IMG/VR virus record: IMGVR_UViG_3300009093_000036 | Span: 131,356 to 195,355 of that record | Strand: one strand, 5' to 3' | Source: a virus | Length of the DNA: 64,000 bases | Shown here: one piece after another, positions 17,966 through 27,134 of the stretch | How positions within the stretch are numbered: position 1 is the stretch's first letter | Layout of the letters: the number at the start of each line of letters is the position of its first letter | The notes under the pieces: generated by a model | Seen by the model: the letters and a program-made list of their open reading frames with translations, nothing else | Database searches by the model: none | Told to the model about the DNA's origin: nothing | Position numbers and translations under genes: made by a program

Positions 17966-18802
17966 TCAGGTCTTGAAGCGGACCGTCAGAGGCTTCGACG
18001 ATTGTGCCTCGGACAGGTCGTTTTGGGGAAGGGCGGGCGCTTCTTTCGACAGCACCGGCGAAACCGGACGAGTCGGGACCTTCACCGGCTCCTCCGATAG
18101 CACCGTCGTTCCCACCAGGGCGCGACGAGGACGAAGCTTCTGACGAGGCCCTGTTGCCGTCGCAACAGTCACCACTTCACGAAGCACCGGCTTGTTCAAC
18201 GGGCTCGCCACCGTCATGTGCTGAAGGTAGACAGGCATGTTGATGCTGACGCAGATCCAGTTCTCCTCAGAGTCTGGGCCCGAGATCAAAGATCCGGCTG
18301 GCGTCGGTGGGGCCAGCGATGGACGCTGACCCAAGTACAAGATGAAGGTGTTCCCGCGCATGAGCTCGTTGCGCAGGTTCCAGATGTTCTCGGTGACGAA
18401 CCAAGCCAGCTCCTCCGCCTCGAACTTGTTCCGAGACAAGACGTTGATGCTGCTGGTCGTGGGGATCATGTCCATCTTGACGTGAGCCCCCGTCTTCACA
18501 TCGACGTAGGCTTGATCACCAAGACCGACTCCGTGGAAGGCCGCAGGGCCTCGACCGACGGTGATGGCTGGACGATTCGCGACGATCTCGGGATCGACCG
18601 GATTCTCCGTACCGATCCAGATCTCGGAACCCTCTTGGTCTTGCGATGTCCCCGAGCTCTGCATCCAGTGGTAGGCGCCCGGAGGACACTGAGCGAACAG
18701 ACCGCGGACGAACCCCACCACAACCCGCTGGAGAGCTACCAGCGGACTGCTCGTCTCATCCGAGGGCTGCCCCTCGGGAGTCTGTGCACCCATGATCGTC
18801 AT
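17966..18802 (-). CDS. putative tail terminator/completion protein
   Basis: RPAITVGRG motif; position between neck genes and sheath. Confidence 0.45.
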   Translation of the reverse strand: MTIMGAQTPEGQPSDETSSPLVALQRVVVGFVRGLFAQCPPGAYHWMQSSGTSQDQEGSEIWIGTENPVDPEIVANRPAITVGRGPAAFHGVGLGDQAYVDVKTGAHVKMDMIPTTSSINVLSRNKFEAEELAWFVTENIWNLRNELMRGNTFILYLGQRPSLAPPTPAGSLISGPDSEENWICVSINMPVYLQHMTVASPLNKPVLREVVTVATATGPRQKLRPRRALVGTTVLSEEPVKVPTRPVSPVLSKEAPALPQNDLSEAQSSKPLTVRFKT

Positions 18803-19317
18803 CGGAAGATCTTGTACCGGCTGTCCTCACGCCAGGGGTCCTGACGACGTGCCTGGATCATCGGAGTCGGAGCTCCGCCCAGCTTCGGCGGAGGAGAGTT
18901 CACCGGAGTCTGAGGCTCCTGCTCGCGCTCAGCCGTCATCGTGCCACCAGCTTCGCGGTCCACCTTCTTGTCGTTCAGTGAAGCAGTGTCACGACGCTCC
19001 TTCATCTTGTTCCGCTGAACGGACAGCAGGTACGTGCCGAGACCGCCGGTTGCGGCAACAGCCGCCGGCAACATCCTCTTGAGCCCCTCCTGTGAAGAGG
19101 GGGTGTTGAAGATCTTGGGCGCCAGGTACTCCGCCCCAGTGCGTCCGAGAGCGTAGCCCCCGGCAGTGCCGAGGACAGCGAGGGGCAAGTCCTTCAGGAC
19201 CTGCTTCCACTTCGCCTTGTCCATCTCCTCGTACGTGTGCGGTGAAGACCCGTAGCCCTCGGTGCTGAGCTTCATGAGCTCCGCGTGCATCGCACGCAGC
19301 GAGAGCGGGGTCGTCAT
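18799..19317 (-). CDS. putative internal head protein (KxA family, two hydrophobic helices)
   Basis: Start MTTPLSLRAMHAELMKLST; Gly-rich hydrophobic segments. Confidence 0.55.
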   Translation of the reverse strand: MTTPLSLRAMHAELMKLSTEGYGSSPHTYEEMDKAKWKQVLKDLPLAVLGTAGGYALGRTGAEYLAPKIFNTPSSQEGLKRMLPAAVAATGGLGTYLLSVQRNKMKERRDTASLNDKKVDREAGGTMTAEREQEPQTPVNSPPPKLGGAPTPMIQARRQDPWREDSRYKIFR

Positions 19318-19318
19318 C

Positions 19319-19639
19319 TCAGTACCTCCGCCCGCCGCCGGTGAGGGCCGAGCCCGCAGCGAGAGCTCCTGCGCCGGCGAGACCGCCGCCCACGAGCTTC
19401 GAGAGGTTGGCACCCCCACCGACAGCCTGGCCAGCACGGAGGAGACCCCCGCTGACAGCCTGACCGATCGCCGGCGACGCCCGACCGGCAAGCGTCGTCG
19501 CGCCCGTGAGTGCCTTCGATCCGAGCTGCCCGAGCATGTTGCCCACGGGAGCCAGGTTGATGGCGGTCTTGATGTGAGCGAGCTCGTCGCCCATGGCCGC
19601 CAGAACGGCGCCGTCGAAGGTGGATGCCTGCTTCTTCAT
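19319..19639 (-). CDS. small Gly/Ala-rich putative internal head protein
   Basis: KQAS, GDELAHIKTA, glycine-zipper C-terminus. Confidence 0.6.
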   Translation of the reverse strand: MKKQASTFDGAVLAAMGDELAHIKTAINLAPVGNMLGQLGSKALTGATTLAGRASPAIGQAVSGGLLRAGQAVGGGANLSKLVGGGLAGAGALAAGSALTGGGRRY

Positions 19640-19646
19640 CGTGTCC

Positions 19647-20558
19647 TCAGCTCTCGTTCGGGTCGTAGGGCGTGGTGCCGTAGTACGCGAACACGTTCGG
19701 CGTCTTCTCGTCGACCGTGTTGTTGAAGTTGTGCGGGTTCGTGTACATGCGACCCGGACTTGCTTGGATGTCCTTCAGTGGCGACTGAAGATTGAGTGGC
19801 AACTTGTATTCTACGTCGGTCGGCATGATTGCGCGAAGCGTGAGCTCCTGCTTGATCGGGGCTCGAAGGCGCTCCGATGTCACGACATTCACGACTCGCC
19901 AGCGCTGGTTCTCCAGCTCGGTGAGGACGTCCCCTACCTTCACCACGGGGTAGAAGGTGAGACGACCCGTCGTCATCTGGTCCTGGTTCTTCTGCAACGA
20001 CTGGAGCTGAACGGCCTTGCCCACCGGGTCGATCTGCGCCCACACCTCGATCGGGTTGAGGTAGCCACGCACGAAGCTGGTGTCGTAGCAAGAGATGCAG
20101 TTCGAGCGCTTCTTCGCCGAGAGCTTGGAGTCCCAGCAGTTCTTGCAGCGCATCCCGAAGGTGCGTCGCGGGAACAGCCAGCACATGCGGCCGATGACCT
20201 GTGTGAAGGCGGTCTGCTCCAGACGACGAATCGCCGAAGCGATGAGGTCAGGTTCCGCTTCCTGGATGACCGGGCCGAAGATCGCGGTCTCGTTGCTCGC
20301 CTTGTGACGAACACGAAGTTGGTACCAGAACTGCCGGAACTTGTACGACGTCGGGACACGACGGTCGACGAAGATGAAGCGGTCCTCGAACTCCTCGGTG
20401 ATCGGATCGAAGGGACCTTCGCCGCTCTCGGAGCGGAACACCTGGAAGGTGTAGTCCAGCACCTCGACGTCGGTGACACTCGTCTCCCACGTCACTTCCT
20501 GGACCGCGATGTCCAGAGACCGCACACGAAGCCGATCGATTTTCAGCGCGACAGGCAT
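19647..20558 (-). CDS. putative head-closure/neck protein (Fn3-like N-terminus, Zn finger)
   Basis: YTFQVFRSES Fn3-like segment; CKNC...CISC; PVVKVGDVL...RWRV stopper-like beta barrel; position. Confidence 0.5.
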   Translation of the reverse strand: MPVALKIDRLRVRSLDIAVQEVTWETSVTDVEVLDYTFQVFRSESGEGPFDPITEEFEDRFIFVDRRVPTSYKFRQFWYQLRVRHKASNETAIFGPVIQEAEPDLIASAIRRLEQTAFTQVIGRMCWLFPRRTFGMRCKNCWDSKLSAKKRSNCISCYDTSFVRGYLNPIEVWAQIDPVGKAVQLQSLQKNQDQMTTGRLTFYPVVKVGDVLTELENQRWRVVNVVTSERLRAPIKQELTLRAIMPTDVEYKLPLNLQSPLKDIQASPGRMYTNPHNFNNTVDEKTPNVFAYYGTTPYDPNES

Positions 20559-21457
20559 CAGCGAGAAGATCCCACGGCAGCGCCCATCTGTCGTGCGTCA
20601 TACCGGGCCTTCTGCACTGCGGACTCCCCGGCCTTTGCCAGGCGCTTGGCTGCCGAGCTCTGGCGAAGCGCTTCGAGGGTCTCCGTGACGCTCTTCGGCG
20701 TCAGCGTGTTCGGCGGGTTGAACGCCGCCGTCTTCTTGGGGAGCAGCCCCGCTTGCTGGGCGAGCTGTTCGAGGAGCTCGGGAACGGTGACTCCGTTCAC
20801 CTTGAGCTTCTTGGTCTTCTTCACCGGATCGGCAGCACCGAACACGTTGGGCGTGCCGTAGCCGACCTCGTTCCGGGGCTGGTTCTTCATCCGCCCCATC
20901 GAGACTTCGACTTCCTTCGGCAAGGACTGCGAGTACTCACGCTCGATCGCAGCAGCCAGCTTGCCGAACGGCATCTGGGAGAGGTGATCGAGGACGCTTG
21001 CACTTCCGATGACCGGAGCTCCGTGCTGGACGGCGCCCTGGATGACCTTCTGTGGGCCGAGCTGCTGAGCAGCATGCTGGAGCACTGACCCTTGAGAGAA
21101 CGCCATCGTGGGCGTCTTCTTGGCGACGACTCCTGCCACCTGCGAGGCCGCAGCTTGGGCCTTCTGAGCGGAGAGCGTCAGCGCATGCTGAGCGGCCTGC
21201 GTCCCTGCCGACGACCCCAAGTTCTTGTAGTAGCCGGCGAGCTCGGCGACTGCGGCACGACGAGCAGGATCGACACCCTGCTGTGCGATGCGAGCAGCCT
21301 GGTTGACGTGCTTGCCGACCTGACCCGCTTCGAGCCCGATGGTGCTCATCAGGTTCGACTTCTTGACCTTGCCGAGGGCAGTCCACGGCGCACGCCGTAC
21401 GTGAGGACGTACGGCCACCGCGGCTGCCTTCGTGATGAGGTCGAGGTCGAACATCAC
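20558..21457 (-). CDS. putative internal head protein (KxA family)
   Basis: KAAA, KLAA, KTAA motifs; Q/A-rich. Confidence 0.6.
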   Translation of the reverse strand: MMFDLDLITKAAAVAVRPHVRRAPWTALGKVKKSNLMSTIGLEAGQVGKHVNQAARIAQQGVDPARRAAVAELAGYYKNLGSSAGTQAAQHALTLSAQKAQAAASQVAGVVAKKTPTMAFSQGSVLQHAAQQLGPQKVIQGAVQHGAPVIGSASVLDHLSQMPFGKLAAAIEREYSQSLPKEVEVSMGRMKNQPRNEVGYGTPNVFGAADPVKKTKKLKVNGVTVPELLEQLAQQAGLLPKKTAAFNPPNTLTPKSVTETLEALRQSSAAKRLAKAGESAVQKARYDARQMGAAVGSSR

Positions 21458-22395
21458 TTCCTCAGCGAGGACTGGATGAGCTCGGCGAGGCTGGCGGTCT
21501 TCCCGTCCTGCACCTGCCGAAGGGCACGACCACCCTCGACTGCGATCGGAGCGCCGTACGCGGCACCGATCATCGAGCCGATGCCACGAGCGAAGCCGGG
21601 GTCGTGCATCTTGAGCACCTTCGCGGCGCCGTGTCCGACGAGAGCACCCATCGCGGCACCGCCGCCGGCACCCGCGGCGCCCATGAGAGCGCCCTGGCCA
21701 CCGTCAGCCAGCGAACCACCGAGACCGCCACCGATCGCGGAGCCGATCATCGACTTGGGGGTGAAGTCCAGCGAGTGACCGAAGCCGGGGGAGCCGAGGA
21801 AGTGACCGGCGGTCGCGCCGATGCTCGCCCTGTCGAAGCGCTTCTTCTGATCCGTCTGCTCCTTGGTCTTCTCCTTGGCCGCGAACTTCGTGATGAGCGA
21901 AGCGAGCTTGCCAGCGGCCGGCTCCTGCACCGGAGCACCGCCCGCAGCGCCGCCACCGATCTCCGCACCGAGCTGACCGCCGGCTGCGGGATCGGGGGTA
22001 CCGATCACGGCCTGCCCCGGAGGAGTCGGCTGACCGACACCCATCACCTTCATCTTGTGAAGCTGGATGGTGAGCCCGAGCTTCTGGAGACGCATCGCCT
22101 CGCGCTCGTCGCACTCCTTCGAGTAGTCGTACATCGGCTGCTGAGCAGACCGAGCCATGCGCTCCTGGAGATGGCGCTGCTCCATCGCGAGCTCCTGCTC
22201 GCAGAGAGCGATCGCCTGCGGAGCGAGGGGCGAGCCATCGAAGGCTTGGAGGAACTTCTCGTCCATGGCGCCCTCGTGGAAGGCACGCTTGAACGCGAAG
22301 CGGTCGTACGCGTTCGGTTCGACCACCTCGATCGGAGTGGCCGAGGCCGTCTTCGCGCCGAAGGTGCTGATCAAGAATGCGTTGAGCTCGTCCAT
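21454..22395 (-). CDS. putative internal head protein with glycine zipper
   Basis: Start MDELNAFL with GGAG SD; KTAS x2, KLAS, KFAA; GxxxG-rich C-terminal half. Confidence 0.65.
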   Translation of the reverse strand: MDELNAFLISTFGAKTASATPIEVVEPNAYDRFAFKRAFHEGAMDEKFLQAFDGSPLAPQAIALCEQELAMEQRHLQERMARSAQQPMYDYSKECDEREAMRLQKLGLTIQLHKMKVMGVGQPTPPGQAVIGTPDPAAGGQLGAEIGGGAAGGAPVQEPAAGKLASLITKFAAKEKTKEQTDQKKRFDRASIGATAGHFLGSPGFGHSLDFTPKSMIGSAIGGGLGGSLADGGQGALMGAAGAGGGAAMGALVGHGAAKVLKMHDPGFARGIGSMIGAAYGAPIAVEGGRALRQVQDGKTASLAELIQSSLRK

Positions 22396-22405
22396 GGTTG
22401 CTCCT

Positions 22406-24934
22406 TCAGTATTGCGACGGATCGTTGGGGGAAGCGGTGAGCGCCTTCGTACCGAGGATGCCGGTACCGAGGCCAGCGACGAACGCCGGCAGGTGCTCGC
22501 GAAGATGCGGGCCGAGAGCCTGAACACCGCGATGTGCAGAGGCGACGCCGTGGTTGACGGCGGCGTTCACCGCAGCTTCGACAGTGTCGCCGGCACGATG
22601 CGAGCTCGTCTTCGCACGACGGATCCCCTCGGCCACGGACTCCGCCATGTCGGACTTGCGCTGAGCGCGATCGTGCATGCCCTTGGCGGCGAGGAGGCCT
22701 CCGCCGGCGAGAGCCGCGGCGCCCGCGTTCGGAGCGTGCTTCGCAAAAGCCTCGGTCGCCGCCTCGCCCATGCCGTGAGCGATGCTGCGTCCGGTCGCAC
22801 GACCCACGGAGTCGACGACTCCCGCGCTCTTGTCGCGGTTCGCCATCGCACCGCCGGCGAGAGCGAGGCCACCAGCCGCCGCACCCGCCGCCGGCAGGTA
22901 CGGACGAGCCTTCTGGATGAGAGCTCCGAGGCCGCTCGCAGCAGGCGCAGCAGCCGCACCGACGGCGCCACGCACACCACGCTTGCCCACGATCGTCGCG
23001 ACGTCGACCGAGGTTTTCACCGTGACGTGCGTGCCGGGCTTGCCGCCCTTGTCGTCGCCCTTGGCCTCACCACCGCCGGAGTCACCCGACGGCTGCTGTT
23101 CCTGGCCTCCTGCGGCCTGCTCCTGACCCCCCGGTGCAGAACCCTGGGAATCCTGCCCCGGGGTTCCTTCTTGACCGGGAGCGACGCCCGTCTGTGCAGC
23201 GAGCTCGGCCTCCGCCTGCTGCTGCGGAGTGGCCGGCATCCCCTGAGCGGCGAGGTCGCTGACCGTGGCTGCGGACTCGGCGACCGGGTCCTGCATCACG
23301 AAGTTGGCGAGCTCCTGACGCATCTGATTGACGCGCATGCCGAGCTGCATCTTCTGGATGGAGTGATCCGCCGCACGGCCTTCCGCTTCCGCGGCCTGCT
23401 GCGTCGCCATCATCGCCTGCTGCGAGTCCATCTGGGACTGCTGCGTGAGCTGCTCGACCTGCTGCTGGGCCTGCATGAGCTGCTGCTGGGCAGCCTGGGC
23501 TTCCGCCTGCGCCTGCTGAGCTGCCTGCGAGGCCTGCATCGCGACGGTCTTGGCGTGCGAAGCCTCGGCCATCGCCTGCGCCGCACCGAGCTGCTGCTCA
23601 CGCTCGATGTACGCCTCGGGGGAGTCGGCGTTCGGCATCACCATATCCGACTTCTTCTCCTGCTCCTTGTGCTTCTTGAAGAAGTCGGTGCCGTTCGACA
23701 GCACGGCACCTCCGACGTAGGCCGCGGACTTCGCCTTCTCGATGAGGTCGACCAGCGACACCGGAGCCTCGACCGGCTTGACCGAGACGTCCTTCGGCGA
23801 CTTCGTGTTGGGCGACGTCTTCTGGACGTCCGGCTTCTCGGAGCGCAGAGCCGCGGGCGACAGAGGCGTCAGCTCCACACGGACCTGGTCCTTGTGGTGG
23901 ATGACGTCCATGTCCTTGTTGAGGTCGGCGATGCGCTTCTGGAGGAAGCCCTTCATCGCCGCCTTCTTCTCGTGCTCGGCGTGGATGCCGGGGAACTTCT
24001 TCTCCACGGCGGCACGCACCTTCGCCTTCTCGTCGGAGGTGCCGTGCATGCCCACCATCCCGAGAGCAGCGAGAGCGTGATCCTTGTCATGGATGGGGTA
24101 CTTGCGTTCCGCGGGGAACACGAAGTTGCTGTCCTTGATCTCGGACCGGGCGCCGGCGGTGAGGTCGGCGGCCTTCTTGTCCTTCTCCTTGCCGGAGTAG
24201 GAGGGGTCCATGCCGGCACGACGGAGCTGCTCGTACGTCGCGACCGCAGCGGCCTTCGGCTGCTCGGGCGTCGTCTCGACCTGCACCTTCGTCGACGCCG
24301 GCTGCGCCTGAGCGGGCTGCTCGGTCTCGGCCGGAGCTTCGGCCGTGGGCATGGCAGGCAGAGCCGTGGGCTCGACGAGCTGCCAGAGCTCGTCCTGGTG
24401 CTCCTCCTCGCGCTGGAGGAACTGCTCGATCGTGAACTTCATGGGCGTGTCGCCGCAGATGCTGTGGAGCTGCTTCCACAGCGTGAGCCCCATCTGCTCG
24501 ACGACGATCATCGCCTGCACGATCTCGTTCGGATCGTGAAGCGGCTCCGGCGGCGGGTACGGCGGGATCGAGACACCACCGGGCGACAGCACGCTCATGC
24601 GGCGCAGCAGGTAGTCGGCATGCTCCAGCTCGTGGCTGGCGTGCTCCATGAACTCCTCCGCGATCCCCTCGTGCGAGAGACCACGCATCATGTTCGCGTA
24701 GTAGACGTAGTACGTCTGCGTCTTGAACTCGTTCGAGACCATCTGCGCGATGAGCTCGACGGCCTGCGGAAGCGGAACGAGGAACGGGCCCTCGACCTCG
24801 CCGCCAGGTGCCGGCATCTCGCCCTCTGCCATCTTCCGGATCCCGGCGATGAACAGCGAGCCGTCGACGAGCCCGATGGGGTTCGTCGGCTTGAAGGACA
24901 TGATCAGGGTCTTGTCGAGGTCCATGATGCTCAC
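22406..24934 (-). CDS. ferritin-like domain + DUF6582-like + Q-rich coiled coil + glycine-zipper polyprotein (putative virion protein)
   Basis: SNE...AEEFMEHASHELEHADYLLRR...EQ...EEEHQDEL diiron four-helix pattern; FVFPAERKYPIHDKDHA...EKAKVRAAVEKKFP. Confidence 0.75.
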   Translation of the reverse strand: MSIMDLDKTLIMSFKPTNPIGLVDGSLFIAGIRKMAEGEMPAPGGEVEGPFLVPLPQAVELIAQMVSNEFKTQTYYVYYANMMRGLSHEGIAEEFMEHASHELEHADYLLRRMSVLSPGGVSIPPYPPPEPLHDPNEIVQAMIVVEQMGLTLWKQLHSICGDTPMKFTIEQFLQREEEHQDELWQLVEPTALPAMPTAEAPAETEQPAQAQPASTKVQVETTPEQPKAAAVATYEQLRRAGMDPSYSGKEKDKKAADLTAGARSEIKDSNFVFPAERKYPIHDKDHALAALGMVGMHGTSDEKAKVRAAVEKKFPGIHAEHEKKAAMKGFLQKRIADLNKDMDVIHHKDQVRVELTPLSPAALRSEKPDVQKTSPNTKSPKDVSVKPVEAPVSLVDLIEKAKSAAYVGGAVLSNGTDFFKKHKEQEKKSDMVMPNADSPEAYIEREQQLGAAQAMAEASHAKTVAMQASQAAQQAQAEAQAAQQQLMQAQQQVEQLTQQSQMDSQQAMMATQQAAEAEGRAADHSIQKMQLGMRVNQMRQELANFVMQDPVAESAATVSDLAAQGMPATPQQQAEAELAAQTGVAPGQEGTPGQDSQGSAPGGQEQAAGGQEQQPSGDSGGGEAKGDDKGGKPGTHVTVKTSVDVATIVGKRGVRGAVGAAAAPAASGLGALIQKARPYLPAAGAAAGGLALAGGAMANRDKSAGVVDSVGRATGRSIAHGMGEAATEAFAKHAPNAGAAALAGGGLLAAKGMHDRAQRKSDMAESVAEGIRRAKTSSHRAGDTVEAAVNAAVNHGVASAHRGVQALGPHLREHLPAFVAGLGTGILGTKALTASPNDPSQY

Positions 24935-25410
24935 CCCTGGATGAAGGCGACGTACTGACGGCTGAGAGGCTCGATGAGGATCTCGATGATGTCGGTCGGG
25001 TTGGTGGGCGACTGCGTCAGCTTTGGGTCCGCCGTCGTCGTCGAGAACCCGAAGTACGAGTTGGCCGTCCCCGTTTCGAGCAGAACGACGGGTGTCGTGT
25101 CGTTCCAGAGAACGAGGACCTGCCCACCGTTGTCGTCGGACTTCATGAGATGGGCGACCACGGAACCCACCGCAGCGTTGATCTCTGAGACGATGTGGTG
25201 GAGATCGAGGTTGGCGGAGAACGTGACCGTCCCCGCCGGAGTAGCGAAGTTCAGGGTGAGGCCGCCGACCGGGTGCTTGTAGAGGTCACCCGTCACAGCG
25301 AGCGGACCTTGGTCACGCCCCACCGAGAGGTTCGTCTTGCTGGACACCAGCCCGTTCAGGAGACGGGAGAGCTGCTCCGGATCCTTGGCCTTGATGAAAG
25401 AGATCGTCAT
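24931..25410 (-). CDS. small structural protein sharing a domain with the sheath insertions
   Basis: TVTFSANLDLHHIVSEINAAVGSVVAHL versus sheath TVNFSAAASAADIISQINAAFGTTVASL. Confidence 0.6.
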   Translation of the reverse strand: MTISFIKAKDPEQLSRLLNGLVSSKTNLSVGRDQGPLAVTGDLYKHPVGGLTLNFATPAGTVTFSANLDLHHIVSEINAAVGSVVAHLMKSDDNGGQVLVLWNDTTPVVLLETGTANSYFGFSTTTADPKLTQSPTNPTDIIEILIEPLSRQYVAFIQG

Positions 25411-25437
25411 GAGGTCATCCTCTCACGGAAGGGGCTG

Positions 25438-25947
25438 TCACCAGAACCCGAGGGCGTAGAGCCCGAAGTAGTCGGAGTGGACTCCGCTCGGACCAAGGTC
25501 GAGGAGTTGTTCGATGTTCAGCGCGGTCTTCACCTGGCGCTTGTTCTGCTCGTACCCGGCTTGGAAGAGCTGGAGCATGGACTGGATGATCGGAGCCTTG
25601 TCGTTGATCGCCACCGACATGCCGCCATCCGAGAACGGCAAGTAGTTGCGGGCGTGGAGGATCATCACGCTCTGTAGAAGCGTGATGACCGTCCCACGGA
25701 CCATCAGGTTCTGGAGGCTCCTCGATGCGAGCTCGTTCAGGGCGTACCCGGTGAAGGGCGGCGTCCCGTTGAAGTCGGACAGGAAGTCCTGCGTCGCCCA
25801 GACGATCATGCGATCCGAGCTCTCCTCCCCACGGATGAGGAGGTTGAGCTCGGCGAAGTCGCGCATGAAGAGCCGGACCGACTCGATGTGACCTCGAAGC
25901 ACCGATCGCGGATCGAAAGGCTGTCCGAGTCCCTGAACGAACGGCAT
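25438..25947 (-). CDS. putative head-tail adaptor
   Basis: Helical 169-aa protein, VRLFMRD...FSDGGMSV pattern, position after the MCP block. Confidence 0.5.
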   Translation of the reverse strand: MPFVQGLGQPFDPRSVLRGHIESVRLFMRDFAELNLLIRGEESSDRMIVWATQDFLSDFNGTPPFTGYALNELASRSLQNLMVRGTVITLLQSVMILHARNYLPFSDGGMSVAINDKAPIIQSMLQLFQAGYEQNKRQVKTALNIEQLLDLGPSGVHSDYFGLYALGFW

Positions 25948-27029
25948 CAGTTACCTCCCAGCCACGCCTCCAGCGCCGAGATGAGGTTCGCCTTGCTGAC
26001 CTGGTCGGGCATCTTGGCGCCCGACGTGGTGATGAGCTCCTTGAGCTTCGGGTTGGAGAGGCCACGCCAGCCCTCGGGCAGCGTGCGGCCCGTGGACGGC
26101 TTCGCCTCGGCGACGTCGTCACTCTTCGCTTCCTCGACCTTCGCTTCCTCGACCTTCGTCTCTTCGACGACGGGTGTGGTCTCCTCGGGCTTCGAGAAGT
26201 CCATCTGCTCGGGGCTCGTCTTCGACGGGATGCCGGCTTCGGCCTCGACGTGCGGGGGAGCATCGGCATCCGACGGGGGCGGAGCGTCGTCGTGCGGAGG
26301 CTCGTTGGTCTCCTCGACCTTCGGAGCTTCCTGCGTCTCCTCGACGACCGGCTTCTTCGCATCTTCGGCCTTCTGGGCTTCGATGCGAGCTGCCTCTTCG
26401 TCGGCCTTCTGCTTCTCCAGCTCGGCCTGAGCACGAGCCTGCTCTTCCTCTTGCGCCTTGACGGCTTCGCGAGCTGCCTTCACCACCAGCTCCTCGGCCT
26501 CGATGTCGGCCTTCACCTTGGCGAGGGCTTCCGAGAGGACGAGATCCGTTGCGCTCGTGTCGAGCCCGAGCTGGGCGACGCGGGGCGAGTAGTCCATGAG
26601 GTGATGAACGCGGGTCTCGATGCTCGGCAGATCCGAGTCCGTCGACGAGAGCGAGCGAGAGACGAACGCCTCCCAGACCTCTTGTGTCGGACGCTCGGTG
26701 CGCATCAGCTCCATGAGCTGAGCGAGCGGCATCGTGGTGTAGTCCGGGGCGTCGGGGGTGCCGACGAGCGCCGCGAACGCTTCGTTGATCTCCACGACCG
26801 TGTAGACGTTGTCGTCTCCACTGCGGAGCTGGAGGATCCCCTGCGAGATCTTGTGGAGCAGCTCGTCCTTGTGGGGCGCGAGCCGCGGGAACTCGACGGG
26901 CACGCTGCGAGCGGGACGCACCGTCCACGGCCCGAGGCGGAACACCATCTGGCGGGGCTTGGCGGCATGCCGGAGCGTCCTCGTTTCCGAGTCGCGACCC
27001 GAGCCGTACAGATACACGATCTTGTCCAT
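25947..27029 (-). CDS. hypothetical protein with acidic linker and C-terminal SAP/Rho-N/HeH-like domain
   Basis: E/P/A-rich linker; WRGLSNPKLKELI...VSKANLISALE at the C-terminus; typical post-MCP position. Confidence 0.65.
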   Translation of the reverse strand: MDKIVYLYGSGRDSETRTLRHAAKPRQMVFRLGPWTVRPARSVPVEFPRLAPHKDELLHKISQGILQLRSGDDNVYTVVEINEAFAALVGTPDAPDYTTMPLAQLMELMRTERPTQEVWEAFVSRSLSSTDSDLPSIETRVHHLMDYSPRVAQLGLDTSATDLVLSEALAKVKADIEAEELVVKAAREAVKAQEEEQARAQAELEKQKADEEAARIEAQKAEDAKKPVVEETQEAPKVEETNEPPHDDAPPPSDADAPPHVEAEAGIPSKTSPEQMDFSKPEETTPVVEETKVEEAKVEEAKSDDVAEAKPSTGRTLPEGWRGLSNPKLKELITTSGAKMPDQVSKANLISALEAWLGGN

Positions 27030-27064
27030 GTCTCTCCTCGTTCGTTTTCAGGTTCATCAACACA

Positions 27065-27100
27065 ATGGGCCGGAAGGCCGTCTCCAGCCAACCGGCCCAT
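27065..27100 (-). terminator. hairpin downstream of MCP (possible read-through terminator/stabiliser)
   Basis: ATGGGCCGG...CCGGCCCAT 9-bp inverted repeat; weak U-tract. Confidence 0.5.
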
Positions 27101-27134
27101 CGTAGCTGGTCCCAGCCCGAGCCGGGCTCCTCGA

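Noticed and set aside
26125-26160. 15-bp tandem repeat (CTTCGCTTCCTCGAC)
   Set aside because: It simply encodes a repeated KVEEA acidic linker unit; an ordinary low-complexity duplication.
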